A stretch of DNA of 64,000 bases from an uncultured virus (IMG/VR IMGVR_UViG_2061766007_000883) (Duplodnaviria > Heunggongvirae > Uroviricota > Caudoviricetes). The stretch lies in IMG/VR virus record IMGVR_UViG_2061766007_000883; one strand, given 5' to 3'. This document shows positions 39,530 through 50,656 of this stretch, in pieces (within the stretch, counting starts at the first letter, position 1; every line of letters begins with the position of its first letter). Under the pieces are notes generated by a model, which was not told where the DNA came from, did no database searches, and saw only the letters and a program-made list of their open reading frames with translations. The position numbers and the translations under genes were made by a program.

Positions 39530-41739
39530 ATGTCAAGCCTAATCATTCGCAGGGGTATCATCAAACAGGCGGCCGCAGAGGATGGTCCGTCTTTCGAGCA
39601 GCAGCTGGGCATACTGACCAACGCCCTGATTGCCGACAAGTACCCTAAACTGGACCGCATGAAGCTGGCGTTCCAGATTATCGAGCTCAACGACGAACAT
39701 ACGGAGGCATGCGGCGCGGCCGTGTACCTTGTGGGGCGCAACGTCATCATGATTCCGTCGTTCTACAAGAACAGCAAAATCAACACGGGCGACATGATGT
39801 TCCTAGTGCAGACTCAGCAGTTCCTGCCGCTGTCCGACCCGTGGCTCGCATGGGTGCAGGACAAGGAGCTCCTGCCCGCAGGCAAGAACGTGGACACGGA
39901 GCAGGCCGGCACGGACATCCGCAACGATGCCATGACCGTGAAGGACAACACGGACCCGATTATCAAGACGGCCTGCGTGTACCTGCGTGGTCTGCTCCAC
40001 AGCGACCCAGACCTGACGAAGCAGGCTGAAAACGCCAGTTTGCTGGATACCGTGACAGGCATCGGCAAAACGGCGTCCTGCGCATTGCTGGACAAGCTAG
40101 TGGACAGTCCCGATTTCCTGAACGCCGCCCTGCGGTTCTACAAGCCAGATGAGCTGGACACCTTCGCCAAGAAGGCCGCCGCCATGGCTGAAGTCTCGCC
40201 TGAGGTTGAGGTCGTCATGCCGTTCACCAAGGAAGCCTCCCAGCTTACGGAAGAAGAACAGGACATCCTGCGCAAGGACGGATATTTCATCAAGAAGGCG
40301 TCCAAGGACAATCTGCCAGACGTCATCGAAGTGAAAAAGTCCCGCAACCTGTTCACGGCGCTGTCCCGCCCTGGCAAGATGCAGCTTTTGTGCATGGACG
40401 GCACGGTGCACACGTGCTTGGTCATGCGTTGCGGAAACCTCGACTTCTACGAGCATGGGTGCTGCGAAGGCGGCCCGATATGCTGCAGCGACATGCCTGA
40501 TTCCACACCCTATCCGATGGGGCGTACATCCTACGGCGAACCTGGCCCTGCCCATAAGGGCATGACGCATACGCCGCATGTGTACAACAAAGGCTTTTAC
40601 GCCATCACGACGAACAACGCCCGCGAGCCCATGAAGCTGGCTCCGTCCACGATGATCCTGGCGGACGCGGGCAACAAGGAGTTCACACCCTCCATGCTTG
40701 TTGACTACGGCGTGGCGCTTACGCCAGCGACGGTTGACAAGCTGGACAGCGGTTCCCATGTCCTCTGCCCCGATGGAACGGCGTACCGCATTTGCGGAAC
40801 GGCCTATGCGCACAACAAGGGATGGTTCACGACGGACAATCTATCCATCGTACTGTCCGAGAGCGCCGAGCAGAAGACGCCCGTCATCACAAGCAACATG
40901 ATTATCCTGCCGAAGAACAGCCGGTTGCTGAAGAAGCCTGAGAAGAACTTCGACGACGAGCGCTCCTACGAGGAACGCCAGCGGGACGAGGTGAAAGGCA
41001 TGCACGCCTTCCCGTTCGTCCAGTTCAACGCGCTGGAGGCCTTCATGACGGAGTACGTGAACAAGAACTACCGCAAGCTGAAGATTACATCTAACGGCTC
41101 CNNNNNNNNNNNNNNNNNNNNNNNNNNNNNNNNNNNNNNNNNNAGGAAGCGTCTCTGCATCTGGTGAAGGACTACGGAATCGCCCCTGAGGCCGCACGTG
41201 TCATGATGCACATGGTGTTCGACGGCGCGTCCGCCGGACGCACGAAGTCCGAGAGCTTCTTGATTACCAAGACGGCGGCCGAAAAGGACCCGTGGGAGGA
41301 TGCCAACATCCCGGCCCACAAGTTCACCAATCGCGGCGACATCCGCGAGTTCGTCGAAATGCCGACCGTGATTGAGGACCCGGTCAAGCTCCAGCAAGCC
41401 GTCACCACGGCGGCCGAGAATGGCATCAAGGAAGTGTTCGACGTGACGGCGTTCAAGCTGCTAATACATCAGAACCGCTTCCTGGAGGAAATCCACGACG
41501 ACATCCCGATGTTCATGAACTGTCTCGACAGCCTGTGCCGAAAGCTGTTCCTGTTCTACTGGCACACGAAGGACTTCGAGGAACAGTATGGGATGATTAA
41601 GATGAAGGCGCTCGAAGACAGCATCAAGAACGCCATCGACACGCTGTCCGAACTGACTATCTTCTTCAAGCGTCGCTCAGTTGATGACGGCGGCATTGGA
41701 CAGGATGGCGGCGACCTCATGAAAGGACATGACCTGTGA
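39530..41739 (+). CDS. Large K-x-A-rich putative inner-head protein; joined across N-gap
   Basis: KQAA, KTAC, KQAE, KTAS, KAAA, KEAS, KKAS, KTAA motifs; long ORF with typical codon use. Confidence 0.6.
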
Positions 41740-42668
41740 CGGAGCAGACAGCCATAGAGGAATCAGTTGACTTGACGATGGACGGTGCGCCTGCGCCGTC
41801 CACGCTGGAGCCTCTGTGCACGAGGGAACGACTTGTAAGACCTCCTGACTGGCGCTACCAGGCCGCCCGCCAGTATCTGAAGGACGAGCGCGAAGGACAC
41901 TCCCCCGTGGTGCCTGACGACGCGGTCATCCAGTATGCCATCCGTGCGTTGCGCGCTAACAGCCGGGGCGCGGCGAACAGGCTGTTCCTGTTCAATCTAT
42001 GGCCCGTCATGGAGGAGGTCATGTACTACGGCGTCACGGCGCGAAAGTCAGCGCTGGCGGCCGAGCTGGACACCTGCCTGATAAAGGGATGGACGCACGA
42101 GGAAGCCCTCATAGCGGGATGCCCTGTAAGAAAGGACGTGTACGACTTGTACGCCAAGTTGTTCTTCGACTTGTCTGGTGTCCGCGCACTGCATTCGTGG
42201 GTGCACGACTTCCTGTTCGAGCCCGAACGCTACGGAAGCAACACGAACCTCATGCGGGCGCACATACTGGCGTACTACGGCACAGGAGGAGCCGGAAGGA
42301 CGATGGCCGTGTCCGGCATGCTGCGTGATGATGAGAACTCCCTCATGAAGTCTCTGGCCAAGAGCGAACGGATGAAGAGCCTGTTCGACTACGTCATGCG
42401 TCATACAAGCGTAGACCCTGAAACCTACATGAACATCATGGAGGCCGCGTCGAAGACCATGTCAGACCGGGAGTTCCAGGAGCGTATGCGCGACAGGGAC
42501 GACGCTGGCTCAGGCTCTCTTGAGGAGCTTGCGGAAGGCATGGAGGAAGGCATCCGTGCATACAGCCAGCATGAGCTCGCCAATCCGGACAAGTTGGGCC
42601 TTGATTTTGTCAATCAGTTTACACAAACCATTATAGGAACTACGGACGATGGAAAAAAGGATATCTAA
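41736..42668 (+). CDS. Hypothetical protein (head module)
   Basis: GTGA-coupled 310-aa ORF. Confidence 0.7.
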   Translation: MTEQTAIEESVDLTMDGAPAPSTLEPLCTRERLVRPPDWRYQAARQYLKDEREGHSPVVPDDAVIQYAIRALRANSRGAANRLFLFNLWPVMEEVMYYGVTARKSALAAELDTCLIKGWTHEEALIAGCPVRKDVYDLYAKLFFDLSGVRALHSWVHDFLFEPERYGSNTNLMRAHILAYYGTGGAGRTMAVSGMLRDDENSLMKSLAKSERMKSLFDYVMRHTSVDPETYMNIMEAASKTMSDREFQERMRDRDDAGSGSLEELAEGMEEGIRAYSQHELANPDKLGLDFVNQFTQTIIGTTDDGKKDI

Positions 42669-44274
42669 AACAGATGAGCGCAACATGACGACCGCCATCG
42701 AGAAAGCGGCGTCCGCCGCAGTGCTTGACCCGTCCAAGGACAGGAACAAGCTGCTTGCGGACAGTCTGCTTGAGAACGGTGTCGACAGCAGGTTCGCCAA
42801 ACGGGCGTCCCAGGCGTTCAACAAACGACTGACAGTCATGACATTCGACCGTACGCCTGAGGAGAAGCGCGGCGACAGCTTCGCCTTGTCCGATCCGGAC
42901 ACGGTGTTCTCCATGACGGGCGGTGTCGAGAACGGTCAGATGAAGACTGCGTCCGCCACGTCGAAGACCCCGTACGGAATTTCCATGGCGGAACCGCCCA
43001 TGGAGAAAACGGCGGCCACATCCGAAAAACCTGTCAAGCGTCGGCCGTTGTGGGAGGAGCGCATCAGCGCGGACGGCTGCATCACCTTTCTTGGTGGTCT
43101 GCTCACGAAACACGCGGCATGCTTCAAGCATGACTGTGATGTACTTGAGACAGAGAAGCTCAAGCTCGAAAGACGCCGTAAGCGCCTGGTAGGTGACCTT
43201 AAGAAAGTCGCCAGTTTCTATCTGGACAACCTGTACTCCCTTTTCGGTGACAAGTTCGAGCAGCTGTTCGGCAAGGATGTCGGCAGAAAGATGACCAAGC
43301 AGGCGTCCGTTGTGCGCCCCGACGACCGAATCACGAACGAAGTCGCGTCCATCATCAATGGATTCGACCAATGTGACAAACTGAACGACTGTCTGTGCGA
43401 CTACAAGGACGGTCTGTGCGAGCTCAACAAGTCCGCTAGCGACTTGGCGCAGGACTTCGTGAAAATTGCCGCGCCTAGTATTGGCACGGCTGCCGGNNNN
43501 NNNNNNNNNNNNNTCATGCCGACCATTCAGGCGCTGGACGCCATTCGTCGTGCCACGAACGATTCACTGGCTGCAGGCTTCAGCAATGCGTCCGCGTTGG
43601 CCGCCGCAGGCAACGACAGCGGTGTCGCCCCGGGCAAGGTGCTGGATGCTGAATTCCTTGTCAAAGACCGTTTCCGCGACCGTCTCATGGGATGGTCGGA
43701 CATGGCGGCAGACCCGTTGTTCTCCATGTTCCCTGCCGAGCAGGTGTTCAGCGCCACGCAGAGGGCCATGGATGTGGACCCATCCCTTGAGCGCCCGGAC
43801 AAACGTGAGCTTTTGCGCTCCCATGTCGGCAAGCTGCTCGCGCAGAACAATCGGGAAGGCGAAGCGGATTTGTCCGCTCTTGGCACCACGCTGAGACAAT
43901 TTGCAGGTGCCGACATGGGTGCGGCAGAAGCCGCGTCCGCTCCTGTTCTGGCACTGGACAAAAAAGAGCCGCCGGAACGCCCGGAACTCATCAATATCTT
44001 CGATCTTCTCAACAAGCAACCGCTGTCCATGGCTACACGCGACTACGCGGCGGAAGCGGCCAAGGCCAACGCCAAGGCGCTTGAGGAAGACAAGTCCAGC
44101 AAGAGCTCTGACAAGGACGACAAGCACGCGTTTTCGGACTTCATACACAACACAGGCGTGCGCATTCGTCCGTTGCCTAATGGAACGGTTCAATATCTTG
44201 TCGGGCGTACGCCGCTTACCATGGACCAGTTGCGTTCCGCCTTCAATGCGTACAAAGCCGCGAACAACATCTAA
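42649..44274 (+). CDS. K-x-A-rich putative inner-head protein
   Basis: Nine K-x-A-[AS] motifs in the first ~280 aa. Confidence 0.65.
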   Translation: MEKRISKTDERNMTTAIEKAASAAVLDPSKDRNKLLADSLLENGVDSRFAKRASQAFNKRLTVMTFDRTPEEKRGDSFALSDPDTVFSMTGGVENGQMKTASATSKTPYGISMAEPPMEKTAATSEKPVKRRPLWEERISADGCITFLGGLLTKHAACFKHDCDVLETEKLKLERRRKRLVGDLKKVASFYLDNLYSLFGDKFEQLFGKDVGRKMTKQASVVRPDDRITNEVASIINGFDQCDKLNDCLCDYKDGLCELNKSASDLAQDFVKIAAPSIGTAAXXXXXXXMPTIQALDAIRRATNDSLAAGFSNASALAAAGNDSGVAPGKVLDAEFLVKDRFRDRLMGWSDMAADPLFSMFPAEQVFSATQRAMDVDPSLERPDKRELLRSHVGKLLAQNNREGEADLSALGTTLRQFAGADMGAAEAASAPVLALDKKEPPERPELINIFDLLNKQPLSMATRDYAAEAAKANAKALEEDKSSKSSDKDDKHAFSDFIHNTGVRIRPLPNGTVQYLVGRTPLTMDQLRSAFNAYKAANNI

Positions 44275-44286
44275 GGAGGGACACCG

Positions 44287-45717
44287 ATGCTGGACAAGAG
44301 AATTCTGCCTGAATCATTCGACTTCGGCGTGCCGTCCGTGGACATCATCGACGCAAGCCGAGCCCTCGGCCTGGACAAGAAGGCCATGGTCAAGCGAGCC
44401 AGCGCGTTCGACGACGTGCTGGACACGCTTGAGGTCAAACCCAACCGCACGTATCTCCATGTCATTACCACGGGCGCCATGGAGAAGTATGGCGCGAACC
44501 GCAACGCGGACGCCTTCAACGAGACGGCCTGCGAGCATACATGCCCGCACCCGGAGCGCGGGGCCCAGAAGACAATCAAACTGGCGGGCGGGTTGAAAGA
44601 ATACCACGACAAGTCCTATATGGACAAGAAGGCCGGCGTCTATCAGGAGCATAACACGAAGGACACGGCGCCGTCCGGCGAAATCATCGCCGCCAAGTAT
44701 AACGACGACATGCACAGGGGCGAGCTTCTGATTGCCGTCGACACGGAGAAATGGGCCCAGCGACTGCAGAAGAAGGCCAGCGGGGAGAACATCTACCTCA
44801 GCATGGGGTGTGTAGTTCCGCATGACATCTGCAGCGTATGCCACCGCATGGCTAAGACCGCAAAGGAGCACTGCGACCACTTCAAGTACATGCGAGCCAC
44901 GACACTGGACGACGGCACGCAGGTAAGCGTCATCAACGACCAGCCGTCGTTCTATGACATATCGGGCGTCGACGTCCCGGCGGACCGCATCGCGTACGTC
45001 CTTCGCAAGGTCGCGTCAGGCGACATGGCGAAAACGGCGGCCGCCNNNNNNNNNNNNNNNNNNNNNNNNNNNNNNNNCAAGGCGGCCACGCTGCTGTCCA
45101 AGCTGGCCGAGATGGAAAAGCAGATAGAGGTCATGGTCGAAGGCGGCAAGGACAAGGACAACGACGACATCTTCACGGACGATGAAGACAAAGAGAAAGA
45201 TTTTATACTCCGAGTAGAAAATTACCCGGCGGACGAGGTCATCGACCTCAGCAGTCGCAAGGGCATCCTCCTGTCTCCCAGCATGCTGTTCAAGCTGATG
45301 GGCAAGGAATGCGAAGACGACGATGACAAGAAGACGCTGGAATCCTGCGACGACGACAGCTGTGGCGATTGCTCCGCCATGATGCGCGAACTGGACGACG
45401 ACTCCAACCGTAACTCCATGTTGCTGGACGGCACGTTCGACCAGCGTATGCCCGTGGATTTGAGCCTTGCAAACATTCTGGAATCGTTCATCCCTGACTT
45501 CGGCATGACCACTCCGGCAGTAGGTTCCCGCGCCATCCACATAGTCATCATCGGCTCCAAGCCACGCGACCGCCAGAAGAAGGAGGCGTCGTTCAGGCAC
45601 GAGGCCGAGACCGCTTTGCGCAGGACGTACGCCAGGTACTTCCTGTCATTCGCGGAACGGAATGACGACGCCACGTGCAGAAATGCTTTGAGAAAGATAG
45701 CAAGATACGGAAAATAA
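44287..45717 (+). CDS. Probable prohead (capsid maturation) serine protease
   Basis: AAGGAGG RBS; 'NRNADAF', 'VYQEHN' (His), 'LSMGC..HD.CSVC' (Ser), 'FYDISGVDVPAD'; directly upstream of scaffold and capsid genes. Confidence 0.75.
   Translation: MLDKRILPESFDFGVPSVDIIDASRALGLDKKAMVKRASAFDDVLDTLEVKPNRTYLHVITTGAMEKYGANRNADAFNETACEHTCPHPERGAQKTIKLAGGLKEYHDKSYMDKKAGVYQEHNTKDTAPSGEIIAAKYNDDMHRGELLIAVDTEKWAQRLQKKASGENIYLSMGCVVPHDICSVCHRMAKTAKEHCDHFKYMRATTLDDGTQVSVINDQPSFYDISGVDVPADRIAYVLRKVASGDMAKTAAAXXXXXXXXXXXKAATLLSKLAEMEKQIEVMVEGGKDKDNDDIFTDDEDKEKDFILRVENYPADEVIDLSSRKGILLSPSMLFKLMGKECEDDDDKKTLESCDDDSCGDCSAMMRELDDDSNRNSMLLDGTFDQRMPVDLSLANILESFIPDFGMTTPAVGSRAIHIVIIGSKPRDRQKKEASFRHEAETALRRTYARYFLSFAERNDDATCRNALRKIARYGK
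45202..45220. promoter_or_regulatory. Palindromic site copy 4 (inverted, one mismatch, inside the protease CDS)
   Basis: TTTATACTC-C-GAGTAGAAA, an AT-rich patch within a GC3-rich gene. Confidence 0.55.
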
Positions 45718-45783
45718 CCGTTTTCGTTGACGGAATCCTGTTTTTCAGGGAGTACGCGTAAACACCCAACAAAGAGGAACAAC

Positions 45784-47014
45784 ATGAGCACCACTAAAAT
45801 TGAAACCCAGGCCAAGGCTCTTGCCCAGATTCTGCAGGCAAACGGGCTGCTCAAGACCGGTAGTCAGGAAATCAAGCATACGACTACCACTGCCCAGAAC
45901 AACCTCGGTGCCGAACAGCAGCAGGAAATCAAGGAAAACATCGAAGGCACGATTGCTTCCACGCCCGCTGCTGAGAACAACGACAAGGCCAAGGTCGACA
46001 CCCCGCCCAACAACCAGGACCTGAACAAGGAGCCGGCGGCCGCCATGGCAGCCACNNNNNNNNNNNNNNNNNNNNNNNNNNNNNNNNNNNNGGTTCTCCT
46101 GCCACTCTTGAAAAGTCCGCTGCCGACTATCGAAACGAGCTTGCCGGCATCCTCGCACTCCAGCGTAAGCAGGGTGAACTCAAGAAACAGGCCGCCGCCC
46201 AGTATGCTGCTGATTTCCGCACTGGTACGGAAGTCATGCAGAAACTTGCTTCCCTGACTGAAAAGTCCACGGAAGCGGAACGCAAGGCCGTCGAGGAAGA
46301 ACTTGTCAAACTCGCTGCCACGAACCCCGTCTTCGGCATCTGCCGCGACCGCATCCTCATGCGCAAGATGGCGGAAGACGCCGCTGCCCTCGCCGCCGCA
46401 CAGGGCATTCCGATTGAAGAAGCCGCCGACCAGATGGACGCTGCCGCCGCGCAGGACCCGTCCATCATCCAGAACGCCGAAGATGAAGCCAACGGTGAAG
46501 CCGTCGCACAGCTTGCGGACGCCGAAGGCGCTACTGGCGAACTGATGGCCGGCATCCAGGAACTTGCCGACAACGCGTCCGCCGTCACCGGTCAGCCCGT
46601 CAGCCCCGACCAGATTCTGGACGCCATCGACGAAGTCGAAGCCCAGGCCGAGGCCATGGGTGTTCCGCCCGAAGCCCTCATCCAGGCCGCCGCGCAGGAA
46701 ATGGGCGGCGAAGGTGCCGATGTGACGGAAGAAGACCTTGCCACGGCTGAACAGCTGCTGCAGCAAGCGGAAGCCCAGGGCGTGTCCCCGGATGAATTCA
46801 TCCAGATGGCCGCCGAGAAGCTGGCTGGNNNNNNNNNNNNNNNNNNNNNNNNNNNNNNNNNNNNNNNNNNNNNNNNNNNNNNNNNNNNNNNNNNNNNNNN
46901 NAAAAGAAAGAGGACAAGCCTGCTGACGATGGCGAAAAGAAGGAAGCCACCATCCAGCTTCCTCCCCGTGCCGCTTACGTCTACAGCCTCCTGCACCCCA
47001 CCGAAAAGAAATAA
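45784..47014 (+). CDS. Probable scaffolding/core protein; joined across gaps
   Basis: Very acidic, Ala/Glu-rich helical protein between the protease and capsid genes; K-x-A motifs. Confidence 0.55.
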
Positions 47015-47026
47015 GGAGGGTTAGCC

Positions 47027-47481
47027 ATGAACGATATGGTCGAATCCCTGACCAAACTGGCCAGCGAACTTACCGACCGCGTCGAGCGCCTTGAGAAAGC
47101 CAACTCCGACCTGACGGCGGAGAACACGGCCCTCAAGGCCAAACTCGATGAAGCAGGCCAGACCAAGCAGGCCGCCGTGCAGGCGGTCGACGAGGCCACG
47201 GTCAACGCTTCCATCGACGCGCTTATCAAGGTCGGCGCAATCACGGAGGAACAGCGGCAGGNNNNNNNNNNNNNNNNNNNNNNNNNNNNNNNNNNNNNGC
47301 GGCGCACCGCGTACTGGTCCGCGTGCTTGACGCGCACAGTCAGACGAAGACCGCCAAAGCGGCTGACGCTGACGATTTGCGTGGTGGCCGACTGGTGTCG
47401 GCGCCTGCGACGCAGCCAGGCATGACGAATGCCGAGGACGAATGCAGGAAACGCATGCATAAAATCCTAGGTCTTCCTTGA
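47027..47481 (+). CDS. Coiled-coil head-assembly protein; joined across gap
   Basis: AAGGAGG RBS; heptad repeats; KLAS, KQAA, KTAK. Confidence 0.55.
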
Positions 47482-47521
47482 ACACAACTTCCCAGCAGAC
47501 AATCATAACAAGGAGTAAATA

Positions 47522-48141
47522 ATGGACAAAATTACTCGTTCCGCAACTGACAGCCAATCTGAACATGTTGCCAACATCCGCCACGGCGTTCAGACCGGCC
47601 CGTGGCGCGTGGAATTCCCCGCCAAGGTCAAAGTCGCAGCCACCTCGTACAAAATCCGCCAGGGTTCCGTCGTGAGCCTTGACGCGAATGGCCAGTACGT
47701 CATCGGCTGNNNNNNNNNNNNNNNNNNNNNNNNNNNNNNNNNNNNNNCATCATCGACCCCGACGTCCAGACCGGCAAGGAAGGCAAGACGATGAAAGACT
47801 CCACGTACAGCGCGGTCGGCGGCATCATCACCGCCATCCCGGCCACCGCTGGCTACGAAATGGAATCGACGGAATTCGTTGCAGGCACCTATCATCAGAA
47901 CGATGCTCTCACTCCGGCCACGGGTGACAACATCGGTAAAATCACGGCCGCCACGCAGGCTCCCGGCGCTGGCCAGCCCGTCCTGGGCTTCGTCACCGAA
48001 CCGAGCCGTGTTGACTGGTTCAACAACACGCGTATCGGCTTCCTTCTCCATTTCATCCCGACAGGCATCATCCCGGACTACAGCGAAGTCACCACGGCCA
48101 AGGCCCTCACGGCCACCGACGGCGCTCTGAGCTGGGAATAA
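47522..48141 (+). CDS. Probable head decoration/cement protein; joined across gap
   Basis: Beta-rich ~200-aa protein immediately upstream of the major capsid gene. Confidence 0.5.
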
Positions 48142-48159
48142 TCAAGGAGGCACACAATA

Positions 48160-49123
48160 ATGTACGACGAAGATAAATTCATTGCCGCGTCCGAAGACAT
48201 CAAGGCAAAGATGCTGTCAGGCGACCGCGACCTAATCAAGACCGCCAGTCTTGCCGCCGATGACTACTTCCGCACGGAANNNNNNNNNNNNNNNNNNNNN
48301 NNNNCGTAATATCACGCCGCCTGTCCAGGTGTCCGATGATATGCTCGACTATGTCGAAGACACGGACTTCCCCGTCATGCTGGCCGAAATCGCTCCGCGT
48401 TCCGCCGGTGCCGTTCTGGTCTCCTTCGAGACTGGCCCCGGAAACGAAGTGATTCATGGCAAAAAGACACGCATTGAGTTCAATCGTGTCATGACGCCGA
48501 AGTATTCCATCGACAAAATCCGCCTCAAGGGCTACCACATGCCTTTGCTCGACATCCTGTACGACCTGATGCTGAAAGACATCATGGATCGTGAGGACTA
48601 CATCACGATGGCCGTCGACGACTACATCTGCGGCACGGTGAACACCGACAACACGGAACTCGGCCTGCGCCGTTTCGTCACCGCTGGCCCTGTCAGCCGT
48701 GAAGCTGTCGTCCACATGAAGAAGGGCATGTACGAGACTCCCGGACACCTTCAGCCCGCGAAGTACCTCATGAACTACTCCACGTTCTGCGACTTCGGCG
48801 TCCTCTCCCGTGATGAAGTCGGTGGCGACCTCGCCCAGGACATGTTCGTCAACGGTGTCACGCTCACCAAGCTGGGCGGCATCGAGACGGTTGTCACGAC
48901 CAAGTACGAACTGGTCCCGAACAACATCGTGTACATCTACACGACTCCGAAATACTACGGCGGCTTCTACACCCTCGAAGACGTCTCCATGGTCACGGAC
49001 GAGCAGGACGACATCTGGCTGTCCTTCTTCGCCCATGAAACCATCGGCGCCTCCGTTGTGAACGCTGCCGGTGTCGCCAAGGTCTCCTTGACCGGTGACA
49101 TCGTTCCGTGGCAGAACGACTAA
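48160..49123 (+). CDS. Major capsid protein (HK97-like fold); joined across gap
   Basis: AAGGAGG RBS, strongly biased codons, ~320 aa ending 'FFAHETIGASVVNAAGVAKV'; N-terminal KTAS; strong terminator follows. Confidence 0.75.
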
Positions 49124-49160
49124 GCAAACGGAGCATCCTAGCAGGTCTTGGTACCTGGAT

Positions 49161-49204
49161 TTGGGAGCTAAGGCTGTAAAGTAGCCTTAGCTCCCTAATT
49201 TTTT
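49161..49204 (+). terminator. Intrinsic terminator after the capsid gene
   Basis: GGGAGCTAAGGCT/AGCCTTAGCTCCC 13-bp stem plus T-run. Confidence 0.85.
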
Positions 49205-49229
49205 GTCCGTCAACAACAAAGGAAACACT

Positions 49230-49965
49230 ATGAGCAACCCAATCTACACCACCATCAAGAACAACACGCCGGTAGGGCGCACCATCCGCTGGAGCAAGAC
49301 ACCAGTATGGCTTCCGCCGAANNNNNNNNNNNNNNNNNNNNNNNNNNNNNNNNNNNNNNNNNNNNNNNNNNNNNNCCGCAGCCAGCGCACGGTCATGCTG
49401 GCCTCCCTGCGCAACGGCACCGTGTCCCTTGTCCTGCATCTGATGCAGACAGACGGCTCCGTCGTGGACGTTCCGTACGACCCGTCGGCGGGCGNNNNNN
49501 NNNNNNNNNNNNNNNNNNNNNNNNNNNNNNNNNNNNNNNNNNNNNNNNNNNNNNCCCAAGGTCGTCAAACAGGACGAAAGCGACCACATCGTCCGTGTCG
49601 GTTCCGAGAATGTCGCTGCCGCAGGGCTTGGATTGAAGACGGAGGAGGTAAAGCCCCCAGCGTCTGACCACAATATCCCGAAGGGCGATGAAACGTTCGC
49701 TTCCCAGACCGTTGCCGCTGACAAGGCTGTGGTCGTCAAGGACGAGCTCAAGAAGGCGGCCGCAGCCAAGGAAGAAGCTGCAGCCGCTCCTGCCGATGAG
49801 GGNNNNNNNNNNNNNNNNNNNNAAATGGTTGCAGACAAGCGCTGGGAAGACGCACTCAAGCTGCTGGTAACGACCTACGGCGAAGACAAGGTTACGTTCT
49901 CGGTGCGCTCCATCATGGCCATCAAGGACTATGATGCTGTCGTCGTCAAGTACAAGCTCAAATAA
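49230..49965 (+). CDS. Hypothetical protein; joined across gaps
   Basis: AAGGA RBS; ORF pieces chain across three gaps. Confidence 0.5.
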
Positions 49966-49984
49966 GGCGTCCTCCTGTCGCCCA

Positions 49985-50015
49985 GCCCGTCGCCCGCAAG
50001 GACGGCGGGCTTTTT
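49985..50015 (+). terminator. Intrinsic terminator
   Basis: GCCCGTCG...GCAA...CGGCGGGC plus TTTTT. Confidence 0.8.
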
Positions 50016-50039
50016 GTTACCCGCATGTTTATATAGGAA

Positions 50040-50058
50040 ATTATACTCGGAGTATAAA
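50040..50058. promoter_or_regulatory. Palindromic site copy 5 (ATTATACTCGGAGTATAAA), abutting ATG 50059
   Basis: Follows a terminator and starts the neck/tail block. Confidence 0.8.
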
Positions 50059-50649
50059 ATGAGCCAGGAACAAAACCAGAGCTTCAGCGTGATCGTTAAG
50101 CAGCACGACACAGGCGTGACGGTTACTATCAAGGATGTGAACAACCCTGCAGGCCAGGTGTTCGACATCAAGCATGGCATCACGCCAAAGTTCGACATCG
50201 GCACGGTCATGACGTTGCCCGCCGACCAGCCAGCCACCGTGGCGTTGAAAGGCACGGAGGGGAAGCTGACGTTCGAGTTCGGCATACCGAAAGGCAGGGA
50301 CGGGGACAACGTGTTCACGTTCGTACATCCGCTGTCCCGTGATGGAGTGGTTGTGTCCATGACTGCATTTACGCCATATCTGAATATGGAACAGGCACTT
50401 AGCATCGTGACGGTGGAGCCCGGAGGCGTATATGAAGTAAAGAGTCAGGTGAGCAACCTGACCATAAACGCCAAAGGCAAGCAAGGCAAGTACGGGGAGG
50501 CCACTCTGGTTGTTCCGTTCGGCACGAACCCGGACATAGACGGAGACAACGTGACGTTGCTGGACAAAGTGTACTCCTGTGAAACGCATATCCTGAAAGT
50601 GCTGTTCGTCGGCACGGCTGTGCTGGTGAAGGTACTCGCACACTGGTAG
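50059..50649 (+). CDS. Structural protein with fibre-like 'FEFGIPKG' motif
   Basis: 'IGTVMTLPADQPATV...TFEFGIPKGRDG' resembles linkers of collagen-like phage fibres. Confidence 0.55.
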   Translation: MSQEQNQSFSVIVKQHDTGVTVTIKDVNNPAGQVFDIKHGITPKFDIGTVMTLPADQPATVALKGTEGKLTFEFGIPKGRDGDNVFTFVHPLSRDGVVVSMTAFTPYLNMEQALSIVTVEPGGVYEVKSQVSNLTINAKGKQGKYGEATLVVPFGTNPDIDGDNVTLLDKVYSCETHILKVLFVGTAVLVKVLAHW

Positions 50650-50656
50650 GTGAACC

